Below, in pieces: positions 13,585 to 24,462 of a stretch of 64,000 nt of DNA. A model generated the notes under the pieces. It was not told the DNA's origin, ran no database searches, and was given only the letters and a program-made list of their open reading frames with translations. This DNA comes from Octopus vulgaris (taxonomy: Eukaryota): assembly GCA_951406725.2 (NCBI GenBank), contig OX597815.1, forward strand, positions 4,960,001 to 5,024,000, given 5' to 3'. Position numbers and translations under genes: made by a program. Every line of letters begins with the position of its first letter. Position 1 is the first letter of the stretch.

Positions 13585-13790
13585 CCTATGTGATCAAAAG
13601 TATCCGGACATGCAGCAAAATGTGTGTTCATCATAGAAGGTGACACAATAGATCAGAGGGCACCTCAGTACTACCATTTACCATGTGGAACACTTCTTCA
13701 GTGATCTCAGTAGCCATCAGACAGCGCTAGGCAGCAGAGTGGGATGCTCTGCAAAACTAATGGACTTTCAAGGTGGTCAGGTGTCACTGG
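13585..13790 (+). mobile_element. Tc1-like transposon 5' remnant
   Basis: ctatgtgatcaaaagtatccggaca resembles Tc1 TIRs; downstream atggactttcaaggtggtcag (MDFQGGQ) resembles the Tc1 N-terminal LSDFQRGQ. Confidence 0.45.
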
Positions 13791-13932
13791 TCCAAACCTG
13801 TGCACTCGTGACTTCCATCCAGCCCCCAAATCCATGCCAAACAGACATTGGAACCTGATAACATCCTTGCACTCATCGGATCCTTATCAAACTGTCCAAC
13901 TCATTCCAGGTGGAACATGGTTGTTAAATAAT

Positions 13933-14390
13933 CCTTTCTATTATAAGTCACAAGGACTGAAATTTTGGGGGAGGGGGCTGGTTGATTAGATCGATTCCAG
14001 CATGCAACTGGTACTTAATTTATCAAGGCGTCGAGCTGGCAGAAACGTTAGCATGTCGGGCGAAATGCTTAGCGGTATTTCGTCTGCGTTACGTTGTGAG
14101 TTCAAATTCCGCCGAGGTCGACTTTGCCTTTCATCCTTTCGGGGTCGATAAATTAAGTACCAGTTACACACTGGGGTCGATGTAATCGACTTAATACCTA
14201 TGTCTGTCCTTGTTTGTCTCCTCTGTGTTTAGCCCCTTGTCGGTAGTAAAGAAATAGGTACTTAATTTATCGATCCCGAAAGCATGAAAGGCAAAGTCGA
14301 TGTCAGCAGAATTTGAACTCAGAATGTAGCGGCAGACAAAATACCTCTAAGTGTTCCGCCTGGTGTGCTAACGATTCTGCCAGCTCACTG
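13933..14390. mobile_element. Family B SINE (+, 14025-14256) nested inside a family B SINE (-)
   Basis: Inner copy flanked by the 15-bp direct repeat ggtacttaatttatc (14010-14024 and 14257-14271). Confidence 0.85.
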
Positions 14391-15173
14391 CTTTGTTGTT
14401 AAATAACGTTGAGGTGGGTATGTTGCCCCCATTATCCCCTCTTTGCCCTCCTCCACATTGTTCTTGATAGCATGGGTTGTCTGTATAGCATATTGTCAAT
14501 TTCCCCATCCTTGGCCCTTCATCATGATTTAGTGAGTTTCCCCATGTCTTCCATAGCCTTTCCTCTCTTATTGGCCCCTGTCCCAGACAGCACACATCCA
14601 CCCCTTGTACATATACAGACTGATCGTGATCTTTTAGTGTCCTACAACTGTCCCTTAAATCAATTGTATTCCACGTTCTTATGTTTTCTCCCTCCTTTAT
14701 TTCCATTCAGTGTACCCGTATGATTTTTACCAACATCCCAGGTGGAACTAGAAATGAATGCATCTTCAGACATTATTGCTCCTGGATAGCAGAGGGACAC
14801 CAATTCTTCTAAAGCTTTATCTTTTATTTTATTTTCTTCTGTTGAAACTAAATAAACTACAATATTGAATTTGTTACCCTTTTTTAATTTGTTGTAATTA
14901 GGGGATCTGTATTTAGTGTTTCTTTGGGTTGGTTGTGGATTGAGCTTCCAAGAGATCAAAAAATGGCCAATTGAAGGGCCTCCATGTTGGACACTCTTGG
15001 ATATGCAGAAAACCAAATGTCAACGAATTTTCCTTCATTGATGACTGCTTTGCTAATGGAATGGTTTGCTTTTCTGTTGATTTGTGACTTAGTTTGTAGC
15101 CATTTTGTGTGGTGTGCTTCACGTTTGATATGCCTTGATCTTAGACGTCTTGAAATAGGTCTGTCTGTCTGTC

Positions 15174-15220
<47 letters not shown>

Positions 15221-15238
15221 TTCATTATGATAAACAAA

Positions 15239-15460
15239 TGTCTTGAATGGCACAACAATGCAGGGTGGTCTAGAATAACTGCTATAATTTAATTATCCAT
15301 AGTCTGGTATAATAATATTTTGGAATATAAAAATTCCTTCTTCAGGTATCGCTAGGAATTGATCGATTCACTGCTGTAAACCGATTATAGCAGTGACTAT
15401 GAATAATTAAATTACAGCAGTTATTATGGTCCACTCTGCATTGGTGTGCCATTCAAGACA
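15239..15460. mobile_element. MITE/foldback element with ~65-bp terminal inverted repeats
   Basis: tgtcttgaatggcacaacaatgcagggtgg...ccatagtc pairs with gactatg...ccactctgcattggtgtgccattcaagaca. No TSD recognised. Confidence 0.75.
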
Positions 15461-15949
15461 CACATTCCACGAACAACACACAATGCTTCCAGCGAACTAT
15501 AATACTCTCCTACGACAAACTTAAGTTTGTCATTTGTTCCCTACACACGTTTCACTCTTGTGGTTGTTAGTAATCTCTGCATTGGAGATTTCAAATGTAA
15601 TTAGATGCTGAACAAACAGGTCACCAGGGGAACACTTTGTGGTGTTATATTACACGAATCAAATATTTGAAGTTGGATGGTGGACATGGCTTTTCCTAAG
15701 TGTATTGAGAAGGAAAAAAATAGAGAGCAAGGGGGAGAGAGAGAGATAAAGAAAAAAAGGGGTGTGAAAAAGAGAGAGAGAACGAAGAGGGTGGAAGTGA
15801 GTGAGTTGACAAAGAAAAGAAAGCAGCATTGGACACGGTTATAGTTAGATGTACTTAAGTTGACTCAGACCACATAGGTTCTTTGGGTGCATGGGAAATG
15901 TCAGAAGTTTGGAGATAGAGAAGAGACTGAAAGAAATTCAAAGTGGCTC

Positions 15950-16340
15950 TAAAGATTGAACGTTATGTAAACCTCCTTGAGGAATGTGAAGACGCAGGCT
16001 GGAAAGTGGAGCATTTTCCTATCGAAGTCGGATGTAGAGGGTTTGTTGGACAGTGCGAGGCCTAACCCATCGTAAAGTAAATAGTGGAAAATTCTAGCCA
16101 CTGGATTTGGTTAAAAAAAAGACGATGAGCAATGGCTAGAAGAATATTAAACTTTATTTGATTACCAGTTGATTTAGCAAGCGGAGTCTCATCAGTGCGG
16201 GTGCAGGGACGGTGCGCAATGATGCCGTCGAAAGGTAGGCCCCGAAACGGTGCGCATTCTCCCCTGATGACCCCCATACACTTGCTGGCTTCCGGTATGC
16301 GGAGCTTTTGACTGGTAGTTCTTGCATTTGCAAGTTGTTT
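15950..16340 (+). mobile_element. 3' fragment of a HERO-like RLE non-LTR retrotransposon
   Basis: KIERYVNLLEECEDAGWKVEHFPIEVGCRGFVG, the C-terminus of the restriction-like endonuclease. Its 3' UTR has a reverse copy at ~21247-21540. Confidence 0.7.
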
Positions 16341-17121
16341 GCAAAACGCCTCTTTTGGTCAGCTCCGATCCTGTGGTTGCAATGCAACTTTAGTTATTTT
16401 CTTTATTTTTTAAAAAGTTTTATGCTGGTGCTATGTGTAAATCTCTGCGGATGGTGCCATGTAAATAAAAAAAATAAAACAAGCAGCCCTCTCTGTAAAG
16501 TGGTTGGCTTTAGGAAGGGTGTCTAGCCGTAGAAAGTTTCCCAAAACACAATTGCAGCTCTCTCGCATGCCAGCTCCTGTCAAACCGCCCAACTTACGCC
16601 AGTGTGGAAAACAGACGTTCAATAATGATGATGATGTCCACACACACAAAATATATAATCCCAGCAGTCTGTCTAGCTTAGTCTACCCGCATTGGTCATG
16701 TGCTCTCAGCTGTAACCCAATACCAAACAAATGGTCACTCTCACATAATGACAGCTGTGCCTATCTCATCATTCTTAGTATCAAATGCAAGAATGTGATG
16801 TCGCTGGATATATCAAGCTGCAGACTACCGTCAAGGTGGCGCCAGTCCTCTACCAACATCTTGTTCGTAACATGGAAGGTTGTGGACTCTTACTATGGGT
16901 GTCTTGCCCTAACTTTTTATAACCCCCAACATTGTCTAGAATATTCGAGCAGGCTGTTTGGTGGAAAGATTCCTGCCTCGTTGGTTACACCCCGGCCGAT
17001 TTGATTGGCCAAGCCATGTTCGCGTTGGTGTTAATCTCTCTAATGGTGACAAAATTTTATAACTGGCCTTTCCTTTTATGGTAGGTGCCATAGTCCTGAG
17101 TTGGGAAACCTAAAGGCAATG

Positions 17122-17569
17122 TTACTATTTTTAAATTTCACAATGAGAGATATCCAGTAACAATACTTTGGAGTAAAGATTGTTTGCCAACATAACACGG
17201 CAGTCCTGGTTTAGGACGAATGTTGCTGTAATTTAGCCCCAGTAATAGTAATTTTCTAATTTATAGATCAGGGACCAGTTGTCACTTTGAAAACTATATA
17301 TTTCGAATGGGAATTTGGCAGCGCCACCTCTAGCCGAACAATTATTCTGTGCTGAGGAAGGGAAATAACCCGGAAATCGCAATCGGAATAACAATATTAA
17401 CAGATATTGTTTTGAGCTGAGTGGGGGGGTGCTAGATTCCCTTGTTCAAAAATATAAGGACACAGATCATGTCGTAAAGCAGCTGGAGACGATGTCTCCT
17501 GGGGATAAATCACAGCAATACTCGTCCTAAAATAGGACTGCCATGTTATGTTGACAAACAATCTTTACT
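17122..17569 (+). mobile_element. Non-coding Penelope-pLTR-like mini-element with inverted arm and hammerhead motif
   Basis: Left arm is the reverse complement of the right end; HHR core ctgagga..ggg/ccc..gaaa at 17352-17376; 12-bp TSD ctaaaggcaatg / ctaaatgcaatg (17110-17121, 17570-17581). Confidence 0.75.
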
Positions 17570-17719
17570 CTAAATGCAATGGTTCGGAACCCAGCAGAAT
17601 CCTAGCTATTTTTTGATACGTCTTTGATCGTGGGTTCACTGGATTAAGGTTAAGCTGGGGCTAAACAACAGCTGTATTATTGATTTGGTGGTCAATGATG
17701 CATAAATTCTTTTAAAGAG

Positions 17720-18092
17720 ACGCGGCAAAATGCTAAGCGGTATTTCGTCTGCCGTTACGTTCTCAGTTCAAATTCCGCCGAGGTCGACTTTGCCTTTCAT
17801 CCTTTCGGGGTCGATTAAATAACTACCAGTTACGCACTGGCGTCGATATATTCGACTTAATCCGTTTGTCTGTCCTTGTTTGCCCTCTCTGTGTTTAGCC
17901 CCTTGTGGGTAGTAAAGAAATAGGTATTTTGTCTGTCTTTACGTTCTGAGTTCAAATTCTGCCGAGGTCGACTTTGCCTTTCATCCTTTCGGGGTCGATT
18001 AAATAAGTACCAGTTACGCACTGGGGTCGATGCAATCGACTTAATCCCTTTGTCTGTCCTTGTTTGCCCCCTGTGGGCTATAAAGAAAGAAA
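17720..18092 (+). mobile_element. Family B SINE dimer
   Basis: Two tandem bodies joined at aaagaaata|ggtattt. Confidence 0.85.
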
Positions 18093-18834
18093 TAAGTACT
18101 GTGGTATTTATGCTTTTCCCAAAACATTGAAACAACTGCAGCTGAGCTAGAATCGAAACCAAAAGCACTGTATTGCCGAGTTCCCTTAGAGATTAGATAT
18201 TCTATGCAAAAGTAGTTCTAGGATGACTCTTACGTTCTTCTCCTCCTCCTCACCCATTCCGTTGAGTGGAAATCATGGTATTGATGGACGAGAGATGATG
18301 TTGGTAGCGGTGGTCATGGTGGCCGTTATTAGTGGTAGCAGTGATGTTGGTAGTGGTTAGAAGAATTATATCTCGTTCTCTGTATTCTACTCGTTCTCAA
18401 GAATTTGGTTGCCTAGGCTTTTGAAAACTGTTAGCTTTAGTGATTAACGTAATAAAAGGAATATTAACAGGGCAATGTTACCACACACACACGCGTATGT
18501 ACGAACACAAAGTGTATTCTTTGACAATAGATATCACTTGAAATGCATTCGAAACTTCATCAATAACAACTCGTGTTGACGAACTCAGTCAGTCGCTAAC
18601 AGATCGTCGGCCATTAACTTCCATTGTACTTACAAGTAGGGAAAAGCATCTCCTTAAAAAAATGGGAAAAAGAGAAAGTAAAACGCGGTGAAAAGGAGGA
18701 CAAAGAAGCACAAAGAGAAAACCATTTAAGTTTTTGAGAGAGATACAAAGAAAGCATTAGCTAAATGCATTATACGTTCGTACGTACATACATACATACA
18801 TGCATGCATATATGTATGTATGTATGTGTGTGTG

Positions 18835-19122
18835 TGGAGGCGCAATGGTCCAGTAGTTAGGGCAGCGGACTCGCGGTCGTTGGATCGCGGTTTCGATTCC
18901 CAGACCGAGCGTTGTGAGTGTTTATTGAGCGAAAGCACCTATAGCTCCACGAAGTTCCGACAGGGGGTGGTGGTGATCCCTGCTGTACTCTTTCACCACT
19001 CTTTCTTCTGTTGGCCTGCTTGCTTAGCCAGCGGGGTGGCGTCATTGAAGGCTAAAAACCAATGCGAACGCATTGTGACCAGCGATGTGTAGCAACATTT
19101 GATAGCCTGATCGGTCACGGTG
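18835..19122 (+). mobile_element. tRNA-derived SINE, family C head with body type 3
   Basis: Family C head, then a body ...gtgaccagcgatgtgtagcaacatttgatagcctgatcggtcacggtga. A related body lies at 39950-40215. Confidence 0.75.
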
Positions 19123-19320
19123 ATATATATATATATATATGTGTGTGTATATATAATGCGCCTGCGTGGTTGTGGTAAGAAGCTTGCTTCTAAATCACAT
19201 GGTTCCGGGTTCAGTCCTCGGTGCGTGACATCTTTGTTAAGCGTCTTCTACAATAGTAGCCTCGACCTGACCAAAGCCTTCTGAGTGGATTTGGTAGACG
19301 GAAACTGAAAGAAGCCCGTA

Positions 19321-19510
19321 TGTGACCTCGTGTGTACCGTTGGCGATTTTTTTCCCTCTGTCTTCCCTTCTCTGGATCTTTCCTTCTATGTTTCCGACGA
19401 AGAGCTCCGCTCGAAATGTTAAACCTTCCTTCTTTCCTGAGCATCCAATAATACTATATTTGTTCCACGTCCTCGCGTTGTTGTGTTCTTTTGTGCTTTC
19501 TTGTTTGGAT

Positions 19511-19515
<5 letters not shown>
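19321..19515 (+). mobile_element. ~200-bp hammerhead-bearing element (family H1) ending in (TA)n
   Basis: HHR-like gttt-ccgacga-a-gagc tcc gctc-gaaa-tgt-ta-aac at 19390-19424. Homologues with the same ends at 53452-53648 and 60437-60645. Confidence 0.75.
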
Positions 19516-19550
<35 letters not shown>

Positions 19551-19553
<3 letters not shown>

Positions 19554-19777
19554 TAATAGTTATCGCCAAGCTAATATGACAGTCCAGAAATACAGGACGA
19601 ATGCTACCGTTGATTAGCTCCAAGAGACCATCGCCTCTAGCTAGCTATGTGACACACGAACTTATGTGCATTATAAACTTCGAACAGGGGAGGTCAGCCA
19701 CTTCCCCTTGCTGGTCAGGCATCTGCAGACTAGTTTCAGGGTATTTGCCCCTTATCAATGCATAGCCGAACCCAGCA

Positions 19778-19780
<3 letters not shown>
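19551..19780 (-). mobile_element. ~230-bp hammerhead-bearing element flanked by (TA)n
   Basis: Minus strand: tgca-ttgataa-gggg caaata ccct-gaaa-ctag-tc-tgca (19724-19762; degenerate core, palindromic stem III actagt). Homologous to the 17.1/25.1 kb elements. Confidence 0.7.
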
Positions 19781-19827
<47 letters not shown>

Positions 19828-19936
19828 TAAATAAATGGTACAACGAGGTACCGATATTTACTGGAAAATAGCGATCGTAATAAATACAACGTTATCGTAT
19901 AGCTTCACTGAAAAATGAAAAACCTAGAAACGGATA

Positions 19937-20007
19937 ATGCAGGACCGGTTTCAGACTCTTCAAATACGTTTGACAACGTAGATTTGATTTGTCTTCATCA
20001 GCTGCAT
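19937..20007 (-). ncRNA. Type I hammerhead ribozyme with an intact core (in a ~270-bp element next to (TA)n, 19825-20095)
   Basis: AUGCAG-CUGAUGA-AGAC..extended hairpin..GUCU-GAAA-CCGG-UC-CUGCAU: 6-bp stem I, palindromic stem III ACCGGU. Confidence 0.85.
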
Positions 20008-20149
20008 ATACCTAGACAAAATTTCAAATGTTTCCACATCTATGCCAGTACACTCGTCTTAACGCCAAAATGTTAACAGAACGAGAACAGTGAAGAAGTT
20101 TCAATAAAAATAATATGTGTGTGCGTGTGTATTTTCCCCATTTATTTCA

Positions 20150-22300
20150 ATCCTTATATTTCATCAACAATTTTGACAATGGTAATATATTTTCGTTCAT
20201 CGTTCACGACATTTTGCCAAAGTTCCACAAACGTGTCATTGCGTCGACGGTAGAAAGCACCGGTTCTTTCGTAAGAATTCATCGGGTCACGTTTTCAAAT
20301 CCACATCGTTGTTGAACGAAACACCCGCCACCCGTCGAAGAGCGGCCGAAAAAAGGTGATAAGATGAAGGTGCTGTATCAGGAGAACTTACCAACCGAGC
20401 TCTTGAATAGCATTTTTGGTCAAATTAATCGATGTGAGGGGAGCGGTGTCGTGTTGAAGAAGCGCGCCACGTCACCGTTCAAATTGTTTGGAGTGGAGTG
20501 CCTCGTTAAGCCGGTGCATTAATCTTGAGGTTGTTTTCAGGCGTTTCGTACTGGATTAACCTTTCTCATTTCCACTTGTCGCATTTTATTGTTTTGTGTG
20601 GATGGAATTCTGGCTTGGTTCGAGGTGTTGCCTACTCGGCTATCCTTTCCTCTGATTTATATCCTTTTCTATTCTAGGCACCACTTGACAACCGGTATTG
20701 GTGTGATAACGTCCCCCGTAACGTAGCAGTTCGGCAAGGGACTGATAGAATGAGTACCAGGGTTAAGAAAAATAAGTACAGGAGTCGATTCACTCGATTA
20801 GAAGTCCTTCAAAGTGGTGCTCGTGCTAATGTTTCTGGCAGCTCGCCGCCTTCTGGTAAATGAGAATTATTTTCTACTCTAGGCACAAGGCTCAAAATTT
20901 GGGGGAAGGGGTCCACTTGATTAGATCTACCCCAGTACGTAACTGTTACTTAATTTATTGACCCCGAAAGGATGAAAGGCAAAGCTGATCTCGGCGGAAT
21001 TTGAACTCAGAACGTAGCGGCAGACGAAATGCCGCTAAGCATTTCGCCCGACCCGCTAACGTTTCTTATTGTTTATTGCCCACAAGGGACTAAACATAGA
21101 GGGGACAAACAAGGACAGACAGACAGATTAAGTCGATTACATCGATTCCAGTGCTTAACTGGTATTTAATTTATCGACCTCGAAAGAATGAAAGGCAAAG
21201 TCGACCTCGGCGGAATTTGAACTCAGAACGTAAAGACAGACGATGTCTTGCAAATAACTTGCAAGTGCTACCAGTCAAAAACTCCGCATACCGGAAGCTA
21301 ACAAGTGTATGAGTTAACCAGGAGAGAATGCGCGCCTTTTCGGGATCAACCTCTCGACGGTATCAATGTGCCTCGCTTATATGAGGCCTCGCTTATATGA
21401 GGCCTCGCTGATATGAGGTCTCGCTTGCTAGATCAACTGGTTATCAAATGAAGTTCAATATTCTTCTAACCATCGCTCATCGTCTCTTTTTAACGAAATC
21501 CATTGGCTAGCCTTCTTCACTGTAGTTTGGATATCGGTCATGGTGCGAACGTTCCTGGCAGCTCGCCGCCTTCAGGTCAATGAGAATTCTTTTCTACTCT
21601 AGGCACAAGGCCCGAAATTTTAGGGGAGAGGGGCCAGTCGGTTAGATCGACCCCAGTGCGTAACTAGTACTTAACTTATCGATCCCGAAAGGATGAAAGG
21701 TAAAGCCGACCTTGGTGGAATTTGAGCTCAGAACGTAGCGGCAGACGAAATACCTCCAAGTATTTTGTCCGGCGTGCTAACGTTTCTGCCAGCTCACCGC
21801 CCTTCCTCTGATTTATATCGACGAAAAAGACATTATTTATCATCACTGGTGACGATGTTGTAAAGAAATCTTTGCGGCCATCTGGTGCTGAGTGACCAAA
21901 CTTGGCGGCGATAAAGGATCGTTGGAGTTTTTCTTTCCTTCAGAGCCTGTGGTATCCATGCTCCGAGGTTTTGGAACTTATCCATCGAATGAAGATGACG
22001 GGTGGCAGTATCAAGAGCGGTTCCTATCTACTGAGTCAATTCCTTAATGGTTCAGTGCGGATCCTCGCAGACGTGCTCGTTCAATTGATCCGCGTTGAAT
22101 TGAACAGGTCGGGTCAGAATGCGGAGAGTCCGTGAGGTCGAAGTCCCTATCTTTGAAACGCGAAAACCATTTCTGTGCAGAACTTTCAGTAATAGCGTCG
22201 TTTCTGTACACGGCGCAAATGTCTCGATGGCTTTGGCAACTTTGGAACCTCTTTTTTTCCTATTCAGTACTCCATATCTGGAAAGAGATTAAATTTATTC
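20150..22300 (-). pseudogene. Decayed mariner (DD34D-type) transposase split by a nested SINE/LINE stack
   Basis: Minus-strand remnants FDLTDSPHS, IVTSDDK, LQHD, PDTAPSSYHLF, FYRR..WQNVVND..KYI. The inserted block 20664-21802 is bounded by the 17-bp TSD ttcctctgatttatatc (20647-20663, 21803-21819). Confidence 0.75.
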
Positions 22301-22529
22301 AAATTTCACAAATGACAAACAAACAAGCGCTGACTTGGCTGTGCGGTAAGACATTTGTTTCCCAACCATATGGCTCAGGTTCAGTCCCACTGCATGGCAC
22401 TTTGGGCCGCGCAGTGGGACTTGTACTATAGTTTCTGGCCGATCAAAGCATTGTCAGTGGATTTGGTAGACGGAAATTGAAAGAAGCCCATTGTATACAT
22501 GCATACATACATTTTCTTTTCGATTTTTT

Positions 22530-22748
22530 TTATTTGTTACAGCCGTCTGACTGCGGCCATGCTGGAGCACCACCTTGAGTCGAACAAATCGACCCTAGGA
22601 CATAATCTTTGTAAGTCTAGTACTTTATCAGACTCTTTTACCGAACCGTTAAGTTACGGGGACGTAAACACACCAAAACCGGTTGTCAAGCGATGGTGGG
22701 GACAAACACAGACACAAAAACATATACATATATATACACATATGTATG

Positions 22749-22825
<77 letters not shown>

Positions 22826-22992
22826 GACGGGCTTCTTTCAGTTTCCGTCTACCAAATCCACTCACAAGGCTTTGGTAGGCCCGAGGCTATCAGAAAAGAC
22901 ACTTGCCCCAGGTGCCATGTAGTGGGACTGAACAAACGCAGAACCATGTGGTTCGTAAGCAAGCTGTTTGCCACACAGCCACTCCTGCGCCA
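22530..22992 (-). mobile_element. tRNA-derived SINE, family A
   Basis: Full reverse-complement copy with internal (TA)n. Confidence 0.85.
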
Positions 22993-22997
22993 TATAT

Positions 22998-23951
22998 AAG
23001 AAAGAAAAAGCAAAGGACCACTGATGAGGTCACAGAAGTGTGATGAAAGAACTCTGGCCGAAATGCAATTAATATGAAATAAAGCTGAAGCAAATGAACA
23101 GCAACTATATAGTGCGTGTGTTTTCATTGGCTAAACCTGAATGGCTACCCACCATCTTTAGCTAAACAACGGCACCTGAAGAACATCAAGGTCAATAAAC
23201 CCCGGAAGAACCAGCATACTCCCAAGTCCGGCACGTGCTTCCTGAAGCTACCACACTTTGAGGACAGAACAACTGTAGCAATACAACACGCAGTCCGCAG
23301 GGAAGGACTCGACATACAGGTAGTGCACACCGGCCCTTCTTTAAGAAAAGCTCTGTCCAAGAACAACAGTTCTGACTACTCTGAGGAGTGCACATTGTCG
23401 AACTGCCCCATCAATGACCCTGAATTGTGCCAGAGGACCTATGTCGTATATGAGATCATCTGAGGCAAATGTGGCACATCCTACATCGGAAGCACGACAA
23501 GAAAACTGCATGGACGCATTAAGGGACAGATGCAGGCAGACACTTCCGAAGAAGAAACATCTACGGAAATGCCAGACCCGGGAATTCACAGTGCACATCA
23601 GGGCAACACAGCGGAACAGGGGCAACCTTAGAATCTCTCAGGCCATCCTCATGCATCAAAAGAAACCCAAGATCAGCAACAGAAGGGAGTTACAGGAAGC
23701 TAGCTGGTTGCTATAGCAACACCCTTCTGCGCATGTCCACTCCACACTCGCTCACACATATGCACATCGGCAACATTCGTCAATTTCTTGAAAATGGTGT
23801 CATAACCCCGAAATATTGAATACAAGGTAAGTCTACATTAATTCACATATTTGCTTTCTTGTGATTTACCTTGCATTTACTTCGCATTGTTTTGGCCTTA
23901 CCCACGATCTTTTATACAATATATTCTACACAATGCTTCACAGTAATTATT

Positions 23952-23958
<7 letters not shown>
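22998..23958 (+). mobile_element. 5'-truncated Penelope-like element: GIY-YIG endonuclease remnant plus pLTR
   Basis: FLKLPH..CTLSNCPINDPELCQRTYVVYEII*GKCGTSYIGSTTRKLHGRIK (GIY-YIG: VVY..YIG..R). 3' HHR-like cttgaaaa..cccc-gaaa at ~23780-23820; ctgatga..gaaa at 23021-23063; ends in (TA)n. Confidence 0.85.
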
Positions 23959-24013
<55 letters not shown>

Positions 24014-24014
24014 T

Positions 24015-24234
24015 AGATAAGAAAGTTGGTTTGTGAAAGCACGTGGGTGAATATATAAAAAATAGTAAAGAGTGAAAAAACGACAGAAGGCTTAAATGTT
24101 AAAAAATATATATATTTGCGTCAATATGTCTGAAGAATATTAGAAACTTTTTTAAACAAATTTTTTTTCCTTTATAATGACAATTTTTAAAGAAAGACCG
24201 GTTTCGCATTTAGCTTTTCAAATTTCTTGTGACG

Positions 24235-24236
<2 letters not shown>
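24015..24236 (-). mobile_element. (TA)n-flanked element with a variant hammerhead
   Basis: Minus strand aagaaa-tttgaaaa-gc taaat gc-gaaa-ccgg-tc-tttctt (24190-24228). Confidence 0.55.
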
Positions 24237-24305
<69 letters not shown>

Positions 24306-24331
24306 CATATACACATATGTATATATCAATA

Positions 24332-24446
24332 TTTGAAGTGCGAGACGAGAAATTTCTTCATATCTCTTAACAATTCTAAATCCCTTGTATGACAGTTTCA
24401 AAATATATGAAGCAATAACTGGCCTCGATAAGCTTTATTTCAATTC
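24332..24446 (+). repeat. 115-bp direct duplicate of 26687-26801
   Basis: tttgaagtgcgagacgagaaatttc...gctttatttcaattc is nearly identical at both sites. Confidence 0.9.
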
Positions 24447-24462
24447 ACCCCACCCCGACATA

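Noticed and set aside
16215-16262. gaaa-containing hairpin resembling a hammerhead
   Set aside because: No CUGANGA core or stem I; it is part of the HERO-like 3' UTR.
19574-19605. SECIS-like atga..ga hairpin
   Set aside because: The helix is far shorter than SECIS helix II and it lies on the strand opposite the HHR.
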